Source: Aneurinibacillus sp. (GTDB lineage Bacteria > Bacillota > UBA5301 > DYFA01). Taken from it: 64,000 nt of DNA. Position 1 is the stretch's first letter. Every line of letters begins with the position of its first letter. Positions 10,214 through 18,547 of the stretch are shown one piece after another. A program made the translations under genes and the position numbers. The notes under the pieces were generated by a model. That model made no database searches. It was not told the DNA's origin and worked only from the letters and a program-made list of their open reading frames with translations. The stretch covers positions 70,924 to 134,923 of the forward strand of contig DYFA01000045.1 in the NCBI GenBank assembly GCA_020725425.1. Direction: 5' to 3'.

Positions 10214-11220
10214 CTCACGACGGCCAGCTTCGGCCGCCCCTCATCCCACCGGCGCCGCACGACGACCCGCGCCGCCACCCGGGCCTCCCCTGCCCGGGCC
10301 TCCACGTCCACCCGGACCACGCGGCTCAGGACAGTCAGGTGGGGCCGGAGAGCCGCGGCGGCGGCCGGGTCGCCCAGGGTGGTCCAGAGGGCGGCGGTCT
10401 CCGGCCAGACCACCGCCTGCCGGGCGTCGAGCAGCCGCAGCCGGCTCTCGGCTCCGAGCTCCAGACCGGCCCAGAGCGACGCCAACACCTCCGGCGGGGC
10501 GAGGTGGGCGTTGATCGTCCCGTCGAGAACCACGTCTTCCTGGAGGCGGTCCCAGTCGCCGGGCGACAGGCTGGGCACCGCCTTCCGCAACTCCTCCAAG
10601 GTGGCGGGCTGCTCCGCCGGCGGCTTTCGGCGGACCTCCTCCAGCTCGGCCACCGCCGCCCGAGCCTCACTCTCGTCCAGCCCCCGCGCCCGGAGCAGCG
10701 CCGCCACTCCTTCGGGCGCCGCGCCGAGGGGGTTCAGCGGGCCGAAGGTGGTGACCATCTCCGCCAGCTCCGGCCACCTGGCCGCCAGGCCCTGCACCGC
10801 CCGCAGTTGCTCCGGCACCTCGATCCACTGCTGCCGGAAAGACAGGAGCCGGTCGAGCTCCTCCGGTCCCACCCCCGGCAGGCGGGCCAGCGCCCCCGGC
10901 GGAGCGGTGTTGAGGTTGAGCCGGCTTCCCTCGTCGCTCACCGCCACCCGGACCTCGCCGGCCGGCACGCGGCGGGTGACCGGCCGGAGCCACTCCTCGT
11001 CCGGGCTGTCGTATCCGGGAGTCGAGTCGGCGGCCAGCCGCTCGAGGGCCAGCGCCACGCCCCCCTGAACCAGCTCCCGGGCCTGCAGCTCGTCCAGGAA
11101 ACGGCGGGTGGCCGCCGTCTCCCGGCTGACCCGGTCCACCACGATCCCCAGAAAAACTCCGAGCACCGTGCAGGCCATCAGCACCAGAAGCAGCGCCGCG
11201 CCGCGCTCCCGCCCGCCCAT
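10192..11220 (-). CDS. gspK: GspK-like minor pseudopilin
   Basis: Internal start 'MGGRERGAALLLVLMACTVLGV'. Central 'LNLNTAPPGALARLPGVGPEELDRLLSFRQ' (HhH) is typical of GspK. The ORF N-extension overlaps the upstream gene, and the start overlaps the stop of the previous pseudopilin gene. Confidence 0.7.
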   Translation of the reverse strand: MGGRERGAALLLVLMACTVLGVFLGIVVDRVSRETAATRRFLDELQARELVQGGVALALERLAADSTPGYDSPDEEWLRPVTRRVPAGEVRVAVSDEGSRLNLNTAPPGALARLPGVGPEELDRLLSFRQQWIEVPEQLRAVQGLAARWPELAEMVTTFGPLNPLGAAPEGVAALLRARGLDESEARAAVAELEEVRRKPPAEQPATLEELRKAVPSLSPGDWDRLQEDVVLDGTINAHLAPPEVLASLWAGLELGAESRLRLLDARQAVVWPETAALWTTLGDPAAAAALRPHLTVLSRVVRVDVEARAGEARVAARVVVRRRWDEGRPKLAVVSWAEVGQ

Positions 11221-11870
11221 CAGGGTTCCGCTCCAGCCGGGGCTCCGGCGTGCAGGGGGAAGACCCAGAGGCGTTCCGAACCGTAGCCCGAACTTGTCCC
11301 GGCGCCGCCCACCGCCAACTCCACCGCCACCGGCAGCCCGCCCTCGATCTCGCTCCCCCAGCGGGTGCTCCACCCGCCGGCCCGGCTGAGATAGCGGAAC
11401 CGGATCTCCCGCACCGACTCCAGAAGCACAGCCGAGCGGGTCCCGGACAGAGGCGCCAGCACGCCCGGCGCCCCACCCGCGCCGTCTTCCCCCCCGGCCA
11501 CCCAGGGCGTCACCCGCCGTTCGAAACCCTCCCGGCCGGGTGTGTACTCCACCCGGCTGAGGCCGCTCGGGCCGAGCCGGGCGGCGAAGGAGAGGCGGTC
11601 CGGCTCGCCGGAGAAAGAGGGCAGCGCGGGGTTGGGCGAGGTGTACGCCGCCTCCAGATCCGCCCGGAGCCGCCGGTAAACCGCCCTCTGCCGGGCCTGG
11701 GCGTCCGCCGCGACCAGGGCGCTCAGGCTGCGGTGGAGGACGAAGTAGACGCCGGCGACCGTCATCAGCGTCAGGGCGGTCAACGCCAGGGCCGACACGA
11801 CCTCCATGAGGGTGAAGCCCCGTTCACGGCGGGCCGGTCCCGTATGAGGGGCAGAGTAGCGGGCGCTCAT
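11220..11870 (-). CDS. Minor pseudopilin (GspJ-like), prepilin-type N-terminal methylation domain
   Basis: 'RRERGFTLMEVVSALALTALTLMTVAG' prepilin cleavage/methylation motif. The start is at an internal Met. Confidence 0.6.
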   Translation of the reverse strand: MSARYSAPHTGPARRERGFTLMEVVSALALTALTLMTVAGVYFVLHRSLSALVAADAQARQRAVYRRLRADLEAAYTSPNPALPSFSGEPDRLSFAARLGPSGLSRVEYTPGREGFERRVTPWVAGGEDGAGGAPGVLAPLSGTRSAVLLESVREIRFRYLSRAGGWSTRWGSEIEGGLPVAVELAVGGAGTSSGYGSERLWVFPLHAGAPAGAEP

Positions 11871-12271
11871 CGGCGCGCCCCAGCCCAGGTGGAGAGGGTG
11901 ACGGCCGTCTCCCTCCGCGCCCGCCAGGCCAGGCGGGAAACCGTCACCCGCCCGGGCTCGCCCAGCTCCACCCCGCTCCCCCGGGGCGGCTCCCACCGCC
12001 AGCGGAGGGAGGGGTCATTACCCAGCCCGGAGGTGCCCGGCTCCACCCCGACGGCCAGAAGGGCAGCCTGATTGGCCGCGGCGGTGCCCAGCGTCTCCCG
12101 CTCGGCCAGCGCCGACAACACCCCCACCCCGTGGGTGAACCCTTCCACCAGTGCCGTCAGGGCGATACCCAGCAAGGCGACGGCCACCACTACTTCGAGC
12201 AGGGTGAACCCGCGCCCGCCGACTGCGCCCCGAGCTCGGCTCCTACCAGTTCCCGATGTCGGCATCCTCAC
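11867..12271 (-). CDS. Minor pseudopilin (GspH/GspI-like)
   Basis: 'GGRGFTLLEVVVAVALLGIALTAL' prepilin N-terminus. 134 aa. Confidence 0.6.
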   Translation of the reverse strand: MRMPTSGTGRSRARGAVGGRGFTLLEVVVAVALLGIALTALVEGFTHGVGVLSALAERETLGTAAANQAALLAVGVEPGTSGLGNDPSLRWRWEPPRGSGVELGEPGRVTVSRLAWRARRETAVTLSTWAGARR

Positions 12272-12710
12272 CCTCCCCCCCGGGCCGCCCGTCCCGGCCC
12301 AAGGAGAAGAGGTCGTACCGGTCGGGGTTGTGCACCCCCGGGCAGAGGTACTGGTACTCCCGGCCCCACGGGTCCTTGGGCAGGTCCTCCTCCAGGTACG
12401 GCCCGTTCCAGCCTTCCGCCCCGTAGGCCGGTCGCTGGCGCAGGGCCGAGAGCCCCTGCTCCGTGGTGGGATAGGCGCCGGTGTCGGTCCGGAACAGGTT
12501 CAACGCCAGGGAAAGCGTCTTGATCTGCGCCTTGGCCGCCGTCCGCTGAGCTCCGGCGATGCGCGTGAAGACGCCCGGAGCCACCAGGGCCGCCAGGAAG
12601 CCGATGATCACCACTACCGCCAGAACCTCGAGCAACGTGAAACCCTGTTCCCCACGGCGAGCGCGGCCTGCGACCATTCTCGATCCCCCCATGTCCTGCG
12701 ACCTGCGCAA
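12243..12710 (-). CDS. gspG: Major pseudopilin GspG
   Basis: 'GEQGFTLLEVLAVVVIIGFLAALVAPGV...AKAQIKTLSLALNLFRTDTGAYPTTEQGL...GWNGPYL...DPWGREYQY' is a textbook GspG. The likely start is the internal Met (~12677). Confidence 0.8.
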   Translation of the reverse strand: MRRSQDMGGSRMVAGRARRGEQGFTLLEVLAVVVIIGFLAALVAPGVFTRIAGAQRTAAKAQIKTLSLALNLFRTDTGAYPTTEQGLSALRQRPAYGAEGWNGPYLEEDLPKDPWGREYQYLCPGVHNPDRYDLFSLGRDGRPGGEGEDADIGNW

Positions 12711-12717
12711 GATAAGC

Positions 12718-13926
12718 TTAGAACTCCAGGGCGGGCAGAGACAAGACCGGCAGAAGCATCGCCGCCACCACCAGCGCCACGAGCCCCGCCACCCCCAGGA
12801 TCAGCGCCGGCTCCACGAGCGCCAGAAGCCGCCGGGTCCGCTCCCGCGCCTCAGTCCCGTAGACCTCCGCCACCCGGCTGAAGGCCGTTTCCAGGTTGCC
12901 CGCCTCCTCCCCGACGGCGACCATCTCCACCGCCAGCGCGGGAAAGAACGCCTGCTCCGCCAGAGTGGCAGCGAGGGGGCGGCCGCTCTCCACCCGCTCG
13001 TGGGCCTCGGCCAGGACCCTTCTGAGGCCGGGCGAGGCCTCCGCCTCGGTCAGCACGGCCAGCGCCCGGGAGAGGGTGAGCCCGCTTCCCAGGAGCATGG
13101 CCGCGCTCCGGGCGAGGCGGGCGACGGCCAGGTGGTGGCGGATCGTCCCGACCCCCGGCAGTCGCTCCGCCAGGCGGCCCAGTGCCGCCCGGCCGCCCGG
13201 CGAGCGGACCCAGATCCATCCGGCGAGGCCGGCCGCGCCCAGAACCAGCAGCCATACCGGCCACCTCCCGGCCAGCGCCGACCCGATCCCCACCACCACT
13301 CTGGTCGGCCAGGGGAGCGCCCGGTGGAACTGGCGGAAGAGCGCGGCGAAGCGCGGCACCACGAACCCCAGCATGACCCCGGCGGAGAGGACCGAGGCGG
13401 CGGCCACCACCGCCGGGTAGACCAGAGCGGTCCGGACGAACCGCCGCACCTCTTCCTCCTCCTCGCGGTAAGCCGCGAGGCGCCGGAGGACCGCCTCCAG
13501 GTTGCCGGCCGCCTCTCCCGCCCGCACCAGCCCTGTGTAGTCCGGAGGGAAGAGCCGCGGAAAGCGGGAGAGGGCGCCGGCCAGTCCGGCCCCGCTCTGA
13601 ACTTCGGCCCGGACGGCCAAAAGAAGCGGCTGCCACCGGGGCGGCGCCATGCGGCCGAGCGCGCCCAGCGCCCGATCCAGGTCGAGGCCGCTTTCGAGGA
13701 GGTCCGCCAGATGGCGGGTGAAGGCGGTCACCCAGGGACCGGCCCCCGCCGGGACGGCGCCCGCCCCGTTGCGGGCCTCCCGCAGACTCAAGGGGAAGAG
13801 TCCCTGCTCCCGCAGGCGCAGCCGGGCCGTCCCCAGGTCCTCGGCGGACAGTTGCCCCCGGACCACCCGCCCGTCCATCCCGGCGGCCCGGTAGGCGAAC
13901 TGGCGCACGGGCCGTTCCCCGGTCAT
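12718..13926 (-). CDS. gspF: Inner-membrane platform protein GspF/PilC
   Basis: Two GspF repeats with polytopic TM segments. The likely start 'MTGERPVRQFAYRA' overlaps the gspE stop. The ORF N-extension is spurious. Confidence 0.85.
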   Translation of the reverse strand: MTGERPVRQFAYRAAGMDGRVVRGQLSAEDLGTARLRLREQGLFPLSLREARNGAGAVPAGAGPWVTAFTRHLADLLESGLDLDRALGALGRMAPPRWQPLLLAVRAEVQSGAGLAGALSRFPRLFPPDYTGLVRAGEAAGNLEAVLRRLAAYREEEEEVRRFVRTALVYPAVVAAASVLSAGVMLGFVVPRFAALFRQFHRALPWPTRVVVGIGSALAGRWPVWLLVLGAAGLAGWIWVRSPGGRAALGRLAERLPGVGTIRHHLAVARLARSAAMLLGSGLTLSRALAVLTEAEASPGLRRVLAEAHERVESGRPLAATLAEQAFFPALAVEMVAVGEEAGNLETAFSRVAEVYGTEARERTRRLLALVEPALILGVAGLVALVVAAMLLPVLSLPALEF

Positions 13927-15410
13927 TCGCTGGTCACCCGCCACACCTCGGCGAGGCTCGTCACGCCGGCCGCCGCCTTGCGCAGCCCGTCCGCCCGGAG
14001 AGTCACCAGCCCCTGGCGCAGGGCCACCTCCCGCACCGCCCGGGCTGCCGGCCGGGTGAGGACGAGCTGGCTGATCTCCGGCGTCATCACGATCAATTCG
14101 TACAGGGCGGTGCGGCCGCGGTAGCCGGTTCCGCCGCAGGCCGGACAGCCCGACGGCCGGTAGAAAACCGCGGCGCCCGCCGAAGCCGCCATCTGCCCAG
14201 GCACCTCCGACGGCTGGCAAGGGATCTTGCACTCCGGGCAGAGCACCCGCACCAGCCGCTGGGCGAGGAGACCCCGGACAGTCGAGGCGACCAGGTACGG
14301 TTCGAGTTCCATGTCAAGCAGCCGGGTGACACCCCCCGCGGCGTCGTTGGTGTGGAGGGTGGAGAAGACGAGGTGCCCGGTGAGCGCCGCCTGGACGGCC
14401 ATCCGGGCCGTCTCCCGGTCCCGGATCTCGCCGACCAGGATGATGTCGGGGTCCTGGCGCAGGATGTGCCGGAGCCCCCGGGCGAAGGTGAAGCCGATCT
14501 TCTCCTTTACCTGCAGTTGGTTGACCCCGTGAAGCTGGTACTCCACCGGGTCCTCGATGGTGATGATCTTCTTCTCCGGCGTGTTGATGGCGCTGAGGGC
14601 GGCGTAGAGAGTCGTGGTCTTGCCGCTCCCGGTCGGGCCGGTCACCAGGATCAGGCCGTGCGGCAGGGCGATCAGCCGCTCGAAGGCCGCCTGGACCTCC
14701 GGCGAGAAGCCGAGCTCGGAGAGGGTGAGCAGGAGGCTGGCCCGGTCGAGCAGGCGGAGCACCACGCTTTCCCCGTGGACCGTCGGGACGGTGGAGACCC
14801 GCACGTCCACCTCCCGCCCCCCCAGCCGCAGCCGGAACCGGCCGTCCTGAGGCAGCCGACGCTCGGCGATGTTGAGCCCGGCCATGACCTTGATGCGGGA
14901 GACCACCCCGCTCCAGAGGCGACGGGGTGGAGGGGTCTCTTCGCGCAGGACGCCGTCGATCCGGTAGCGCAGCCGCACCTGTCCCTCGAAGGGCTCGAGG
15001 TGGACGTCGCTGGCCCGCTTCCGGAGGGCCTCGGCGATCATGGAGTTGACCAGCCTGACGACGGGGGCTTGGTTGGCCAGCTCCTCGGCGCCCTCGGCCT
15101 CCTCCTGCTCTCCCTCCTCAGACAGCCCCGCCAGGACTCCGGCCACGGTCTGCGAGCCGGCGCCGTAGTACCGGTCCACCAGGCCGTCCAGCTCAGCCGG
15201 GGGCACCGCCACGCCCCGGACCCGGCACCCCAGGAGCACCGCCAGCTCATCGAGAAGCAGGAGGTTGGAGGGGTCGGCCATTCCCACCACCAGGGCGCCT
15301 CGCTCCCACTCGACGGGCAGGACCCGGTAGCGGGTGGCAACCTCGGCGGGGATCCTGCTCCGCAGGTCCTCGGGGATCTCCGTTAGACGCAGAACCTCCT
15401 CGCCGCCCAT
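13923..15410 (-). CDS. gspE: Secretion/pilus assembly ATPase GspE/PilB
   Basis: N1 domain, Walker A 'GPTGSGKTTT', Asp and His boxes, and tetracysteine 'CPECKIPC...CPACGGTG'. RBS GGGAGGTGGG upstream. Confidence 0.9.
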   Translation of the reverse strand: MGGEEVLRLTEIPEDLRSRIPAEVATRYRVLPVEWERGALVVGMADPSNLLLLDELAVLLGCRVRGVAVPPAELDGLVDRYYGAGSQTVAGVLAGLSEEGEQEEAEGAEELANQAPVVRLVNSMIAEALRKRASDVHLEPFEGQVRLRYRIDGVLREETPPPRRLWSGVVSRIKVMAGLNIAERRLPQDGRFRLRLGGREVDVRVSTVPTVHGESVVLRLLDRASLLLTLSELGFSPEVQAAFERLIALPHGLILVTGPTGSGKTTTLYAALSAINTPEKKIITIEDPVEYQLHGVNQLQVKEKIGFTFARGLRHILRQDPDIILVGEIRDRETARMAVQAALTGHLVFSTLHTNDAAGGVTRLLDMELEPYLVASTVRGLLAQRLVRVLCPECKIPCQPSEVPGQMAASAGAAVFYRPSGCPACGGTGYRGRTALYELIVMTPEISQLVLTRPAARAVREVALRQGLVTLRADGLRKAAAGVTSLAEVWRVTSE

Positions 15411-15558
15411 CCGCCCACCTCCCGTCCCATATACTGCCAGTAAAGCCAGCTCTTCCTTACTTCGACCGCCCCCGGGTCATTCCTTCCGGGGCGGGAGCCA
15501 GGCCCCACCCACCGGCGGAGGTCATATAATAGGCTGGCTTGTGGGGAGGGACGGATGA

Positions 15559-15936
15559 ATGAGGACCTTCGATCTGCAGCGTTTTGCCACCGCCGGCCCG
15601 AGCGCCGGGTCGAGGCGGGTGCGGCGGAAACGAGTGTCGGGCCGCAGCCGCCCGGCCACCGCCGTCGTGTGTCCTCTGCGCCGCGCCGCGGCGCGAACCC
15701 GCCGCCCCCCCCGCAGCGCTTCGGCCAAGTCTCCGGCCGCCGCCCCGAGCCCGGCGCCGCCGGCCATCCCCGCCCTCACGGTGAAGTACGTGGTGCAGCC
15801 GGGAGACACCCTCCACCGCATCGCCCGCCGCTTCGGCACCACGGCCAGAACGCTCGCCCTCCTGAACGAGCTGCACAAACCGGTGTTGCTCGTCCCAGGC
15901 GAGATCATCCTGGTTCCGGATGAGGGGCGGGTCTAG
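15559..15936 (+). CDS. LysM domain protein (basic, Ala/Pro-rich N-terminus)
   Basis: C-terminal 'YVVQPGDTLHRIARRFGTTARTLALLNELHKPVLLVPGEIILVP' is a LysM motif. The start is uncertain. Confidence 0.4.
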   Translation: MRTFDLQRFATAGPSAGSRRVRRKRVSGRSRPATAVVCPLRRAAARTRRPPRSASAKSPAAAPSPAPPAIPALTVKYVVQPGDTLHRIARRFGTTARTLALLNELHKPVLLVPGEIILVPDEGRV

Positions 15937-16682
15937 AGCGGCTGCCCGGGGCGGGAAGGCTTCTCCTCCGCCGATCGCTGGGTCTGGAGGAAGAGCTTGC
16001 CTTCCGTGTCGAGGCTGGCGAGGTAAACCTCCTTGGGGCTCTGGAGGTTGAAGTTGCGGAGCTGGGTGGAGAGCCAAGTGTAGTCGAGGCCGACCTTGGC
16101 CAGGTTCTCGTAGAGGACCCGCCCCCGCTCGACGAGCACCACCGGCAGGCCCTCGTACTTGGTGGGGAGGCGCAGGTCGGCCGGCGTGAGCGGCGCTTTC
16201 TCCGGCTTCGGGATGACCGAGATCTCCCCGTTGGTCTCCAGGATGGCGAATTCGACGTCGGCCAGATTCGGGTAGCCCTTGGTGCGGAGCCGGGACAAGA
16301 GGTCGTCCACGCTCCAGAAGGCCTCGCGCAGCCCCCGCTTGACCACCTTGCCCTGGTCCACCAGGACGATCGGCGAGCCGCCGATCAGGCGGGAGAGCCG
16401 CCGGTTCTTCAGCGTGGCCAGGGAAAGCCCCACGTTGAGGAGGGTCAGGGTGGCCAGGGAGACCGCCGTCGGCCAGATGGGGAGCCGGCTGACGGTCAGC
16501 GGGTGGGCGGCGAGCGACCCGAAGAGGATGGAGATCATGAAATCGTAGGGGGTCAGCGCGGAGATCTGTTCCTTGCCGGTGATCCGCACCGCGGCGAGCA
16601 GCGCCAGGTAGATCACGAGCGCCCGGACGAGCATCGCCCAGATCGGCAGGGTTGACTGGCTACCGAACAGCGACGGACTCAT
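15933..16682 (-). CDS. DUF421 (YetF/YrbG-like) membrane protein, paralog 1
   Basis: N-terminal TM pair with a C-terminal YetF-like domain. 40% or more identical to the adjacent paralog. Confidence 0.75.
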   Translation of the reverse strand: MSPSLFGSQSTLPIWAMLVRALVIYLALLAAVRITGKEQISALTPYDFMISILFGSLAAHPLTVSRLPIWPTAVSLATLTLLNVGLSLATLKNRRLSRLIGGSPIVLVDQGKVVKRGLREAFWSVDDLLSRLRTKGYPNLADVEFAILETNGEISVIPKPEKAPLTPADLRLPTKYEGLPVVLVERGRVLYENLAKVGLDYTWLSTQLRNFNLQSPKEVYLASLDTEGKLFLQTQRSAEEKPSRPGQPL

Positions 16683-16692
16683 GCCTCTCTCC

Positions 16693-17430
16693 TCACTTCA
16701 GGTACTTGAACTGCGACGGCCGGATGTAGTCCACGTAGATGTTCTGCTGCCGGTCGATCGCCATGTAGAGGACGTCCTTCAGGTCCGGGATGCCCTTGGC
16801 CCGCAAGACGTCCCGCACCCACTGCTCGCCCTGGCCGATCATCCGCAGGTTCTCCTCGTTGATCTGTCCGTCGGCGATCAGGGTGAGGGGCCAGCCCTTC
16901 TCCGGGGGTTTGAGGCCCAGGTCGGCCGGGGTCGCCGGCCGGGCCTGCGACTTCAGGACCACTGACAGGTCGCCGGAGGGCTCCAGGACTGCAAACTCCA
17001 CGTCGGAGAGGCTGGGGGCGTTCTTGAGGCGCAACTGCATCAGCAGGTTGTCCATGTTGTAGTGGACCTTCATCAGATTGTCCTCGACCACCTTCCCGTT
17101 CTCCACCAGGACCACCGGCTCGTCCCCGACCAGCTTGGCCAGGTATGGGGAGGACTGTTCCAGGAAGAAGAGGATCAGGTGGAGGGTGTAGAAGGCGCCG
17201 ATGACGGCCAAGGCGGTGAAGGTCGAGGCGCCGGCGTCGGCCAGGGGCGGGCTGGCGAGCGACCCCACGGTGACGGCCACGACGAAGCTGTAGGGATCGA
17301 GGGTGGAGACCTCGCGCCGCCCCGACAGCCGGGTGACGAGGATCAGTGCCAGGTAGATGACGGCGGTACGCACGGAAAACGCCCAGAGCGGCAGGCTGGT
17401 CGAAGCACCAAAGAGGCGGGCCAGCGTCAC
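16693..17430 (-). CDS. DUF421 (YetF/YrbG-like) membrane protein, paralog 2
   Basis: Same architecture as paralog 1 ('...VIYLALILVTRLSGRREVSTLDPYSFVVAVTVGSLA...'). Of the two ORFs listed at this locus, frame 16693..17430 is the coding one. Confidence 0.75.
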   Translation of the reverse strand: MTLARLFGASTSLPLWAFSVRTAVIYLALILVTRLSGRREVSTLDPYSFVVAVTVGSLASPPLADAGASTFTALAVIGAFYTLHLILFFLEQSSPYLAKLVGDEPVVLVENGKVVEDNLMKVHYNMDNLLMQLRLKNAPSLSDVEFAVLEPSGDLSVVLKSQARPATPADLGLKPPEKGWPLTLIADGQINEENLRMIGQGEQWVRDVLRAKGIPDLKDVLYMAIDRQQNIYVDYIRPSQFKYLK

Positions 17431-17568
17431 GGCGACTCTCCTTCCCGGCCAGGATGGGCAACACCAAGCCTAACCTGCCCGGCTCTCCCCGGACCTATGC
17501 AGGCGGACAGGCGCACAAGGAACCAGCCCCGGCCTGGCGAACACCCAACGGTGGGTAGGTGAGCGACC

Positions 17569-18489
17569 GTGGTCAGCCCTCATGACCCGACCCGGTGGAG
17601 CCGGGCGTGGTTTCTCCTCTTGACAGCCGCCCTGCTGTTCTCCGCCGCTCTGCCGGCGGCAGGCGCTTCCCCCAAGGCCAAGGAGCTGTTCGCTCAGGGC
17701 ACCGACGCGGAGCAGGCCGGGGATTTCCAGTCGGCCCTGCCCTTGTTCGAACAGGCAGTCGCCCTGGACCCGAAGTACGCGGAAGCCTGGCTGGAGCTGG
17801 GGAACTGCAAGCTGATGCTCGGCCGGACCGAAGAGGCGGTGGAGGCCTTCAAGGAGGCCCTCCGGCACAAGCGGAACCTGGCCATGGCGTACGTCAACCT
17901 CGCCTTCGCCTACGTCCAGCTCGGGCGGTACGAGGAGGCGGTAGCCGAGTGCCAAAAGGCCCTCAAACGCCACCCGGGCAATTTCCAGCTCCACGGCAAC
18001 CTGGGCGAGGCCTACCTGCAACTTGAGCGCTACGCGGAGGCCGAGGTCTCCTTCCGGCAGGCCATCCGGTTCAACCCCAACTGGCCACTCCTGCACCTCG
18101 GCCTCGGGACGGCCTGCATGGCCCAGGAGAAGTTCTCTGAAGCGCTGGAGGCGTACGAGTACGCGGTGCGCCTCGACCCGGAGTTCGCCCTGTCGCACCT
18201 CCTGGTGGCCGAAGCCTACGAGGCCGCGGGCCGCCATGAGGAAGCCGTCCGGGCGTTCGAGAAAGCGATCGAACGCGCGCCGGCCCGTTCCGGGGAGAAG
18301 GGGATGGCCGAGGACAACCCCGAGGATGCCGGCACCTGGTTCAGTCTCGGCCGAGCCTACCGCAACCTGGGAAGTTACGACAAGGCAGCAGAGGCGTTCC
18401 AGCAGGTGGTGCGGCTCGAGCCGGAGTACGAGATCGTCAAGACGCTCGACGCCGCGCTGGCGGAAGAACTGGCCGGCAGCCTTGAGTAA
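17569..18489 (+). CDS. Secreted TPR-repeat protein
   Basis: Signal peptide followed by at least seven 34-aa TPR-like repeats (W-LG-Y...A...F..A..P). Confidence 0.7.
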   Translation: MVSPHDPTRWSRAWFLLLTAALLFSAALPAAGASPKAKELFAQGTDAEQAGDFQSALPLFEQAVALDPKYAEAWLELGNCKLMLGRTEEAVEAFKEALRHKRNLAMAYVNLAFAYVQLGRYEEAVAECQKALKRHPGNFQLHGNLGEAYLQLERYAEAEVSFRQAIRFNPNWPLLHLGLGTACMAQEKFSEALEAYEYAVRLDPEFALSHLLVAEAYEAAGRHEEAVRAFEKAIERAPARSGEKGMAEDNPEDAGTWFSLGRAYRNLGSYDKAAEAFQQVVRLEPEYEIVKTLDAALAEELAGSLE

Positions 18490-18547
18490 GCCGGCAGGCG
18501 ACCGTCACCTCGATACCTGACCTGGTCGGAATGAACCGGTGGCCCCG

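Noticed and set aside
14352-15386. 344-aa plus-strand ORF opposite gspE; similarly 12559..14124 opposite gspF
   Set aside because: Antisense to conserved ATPase and platform genes. No motifs.
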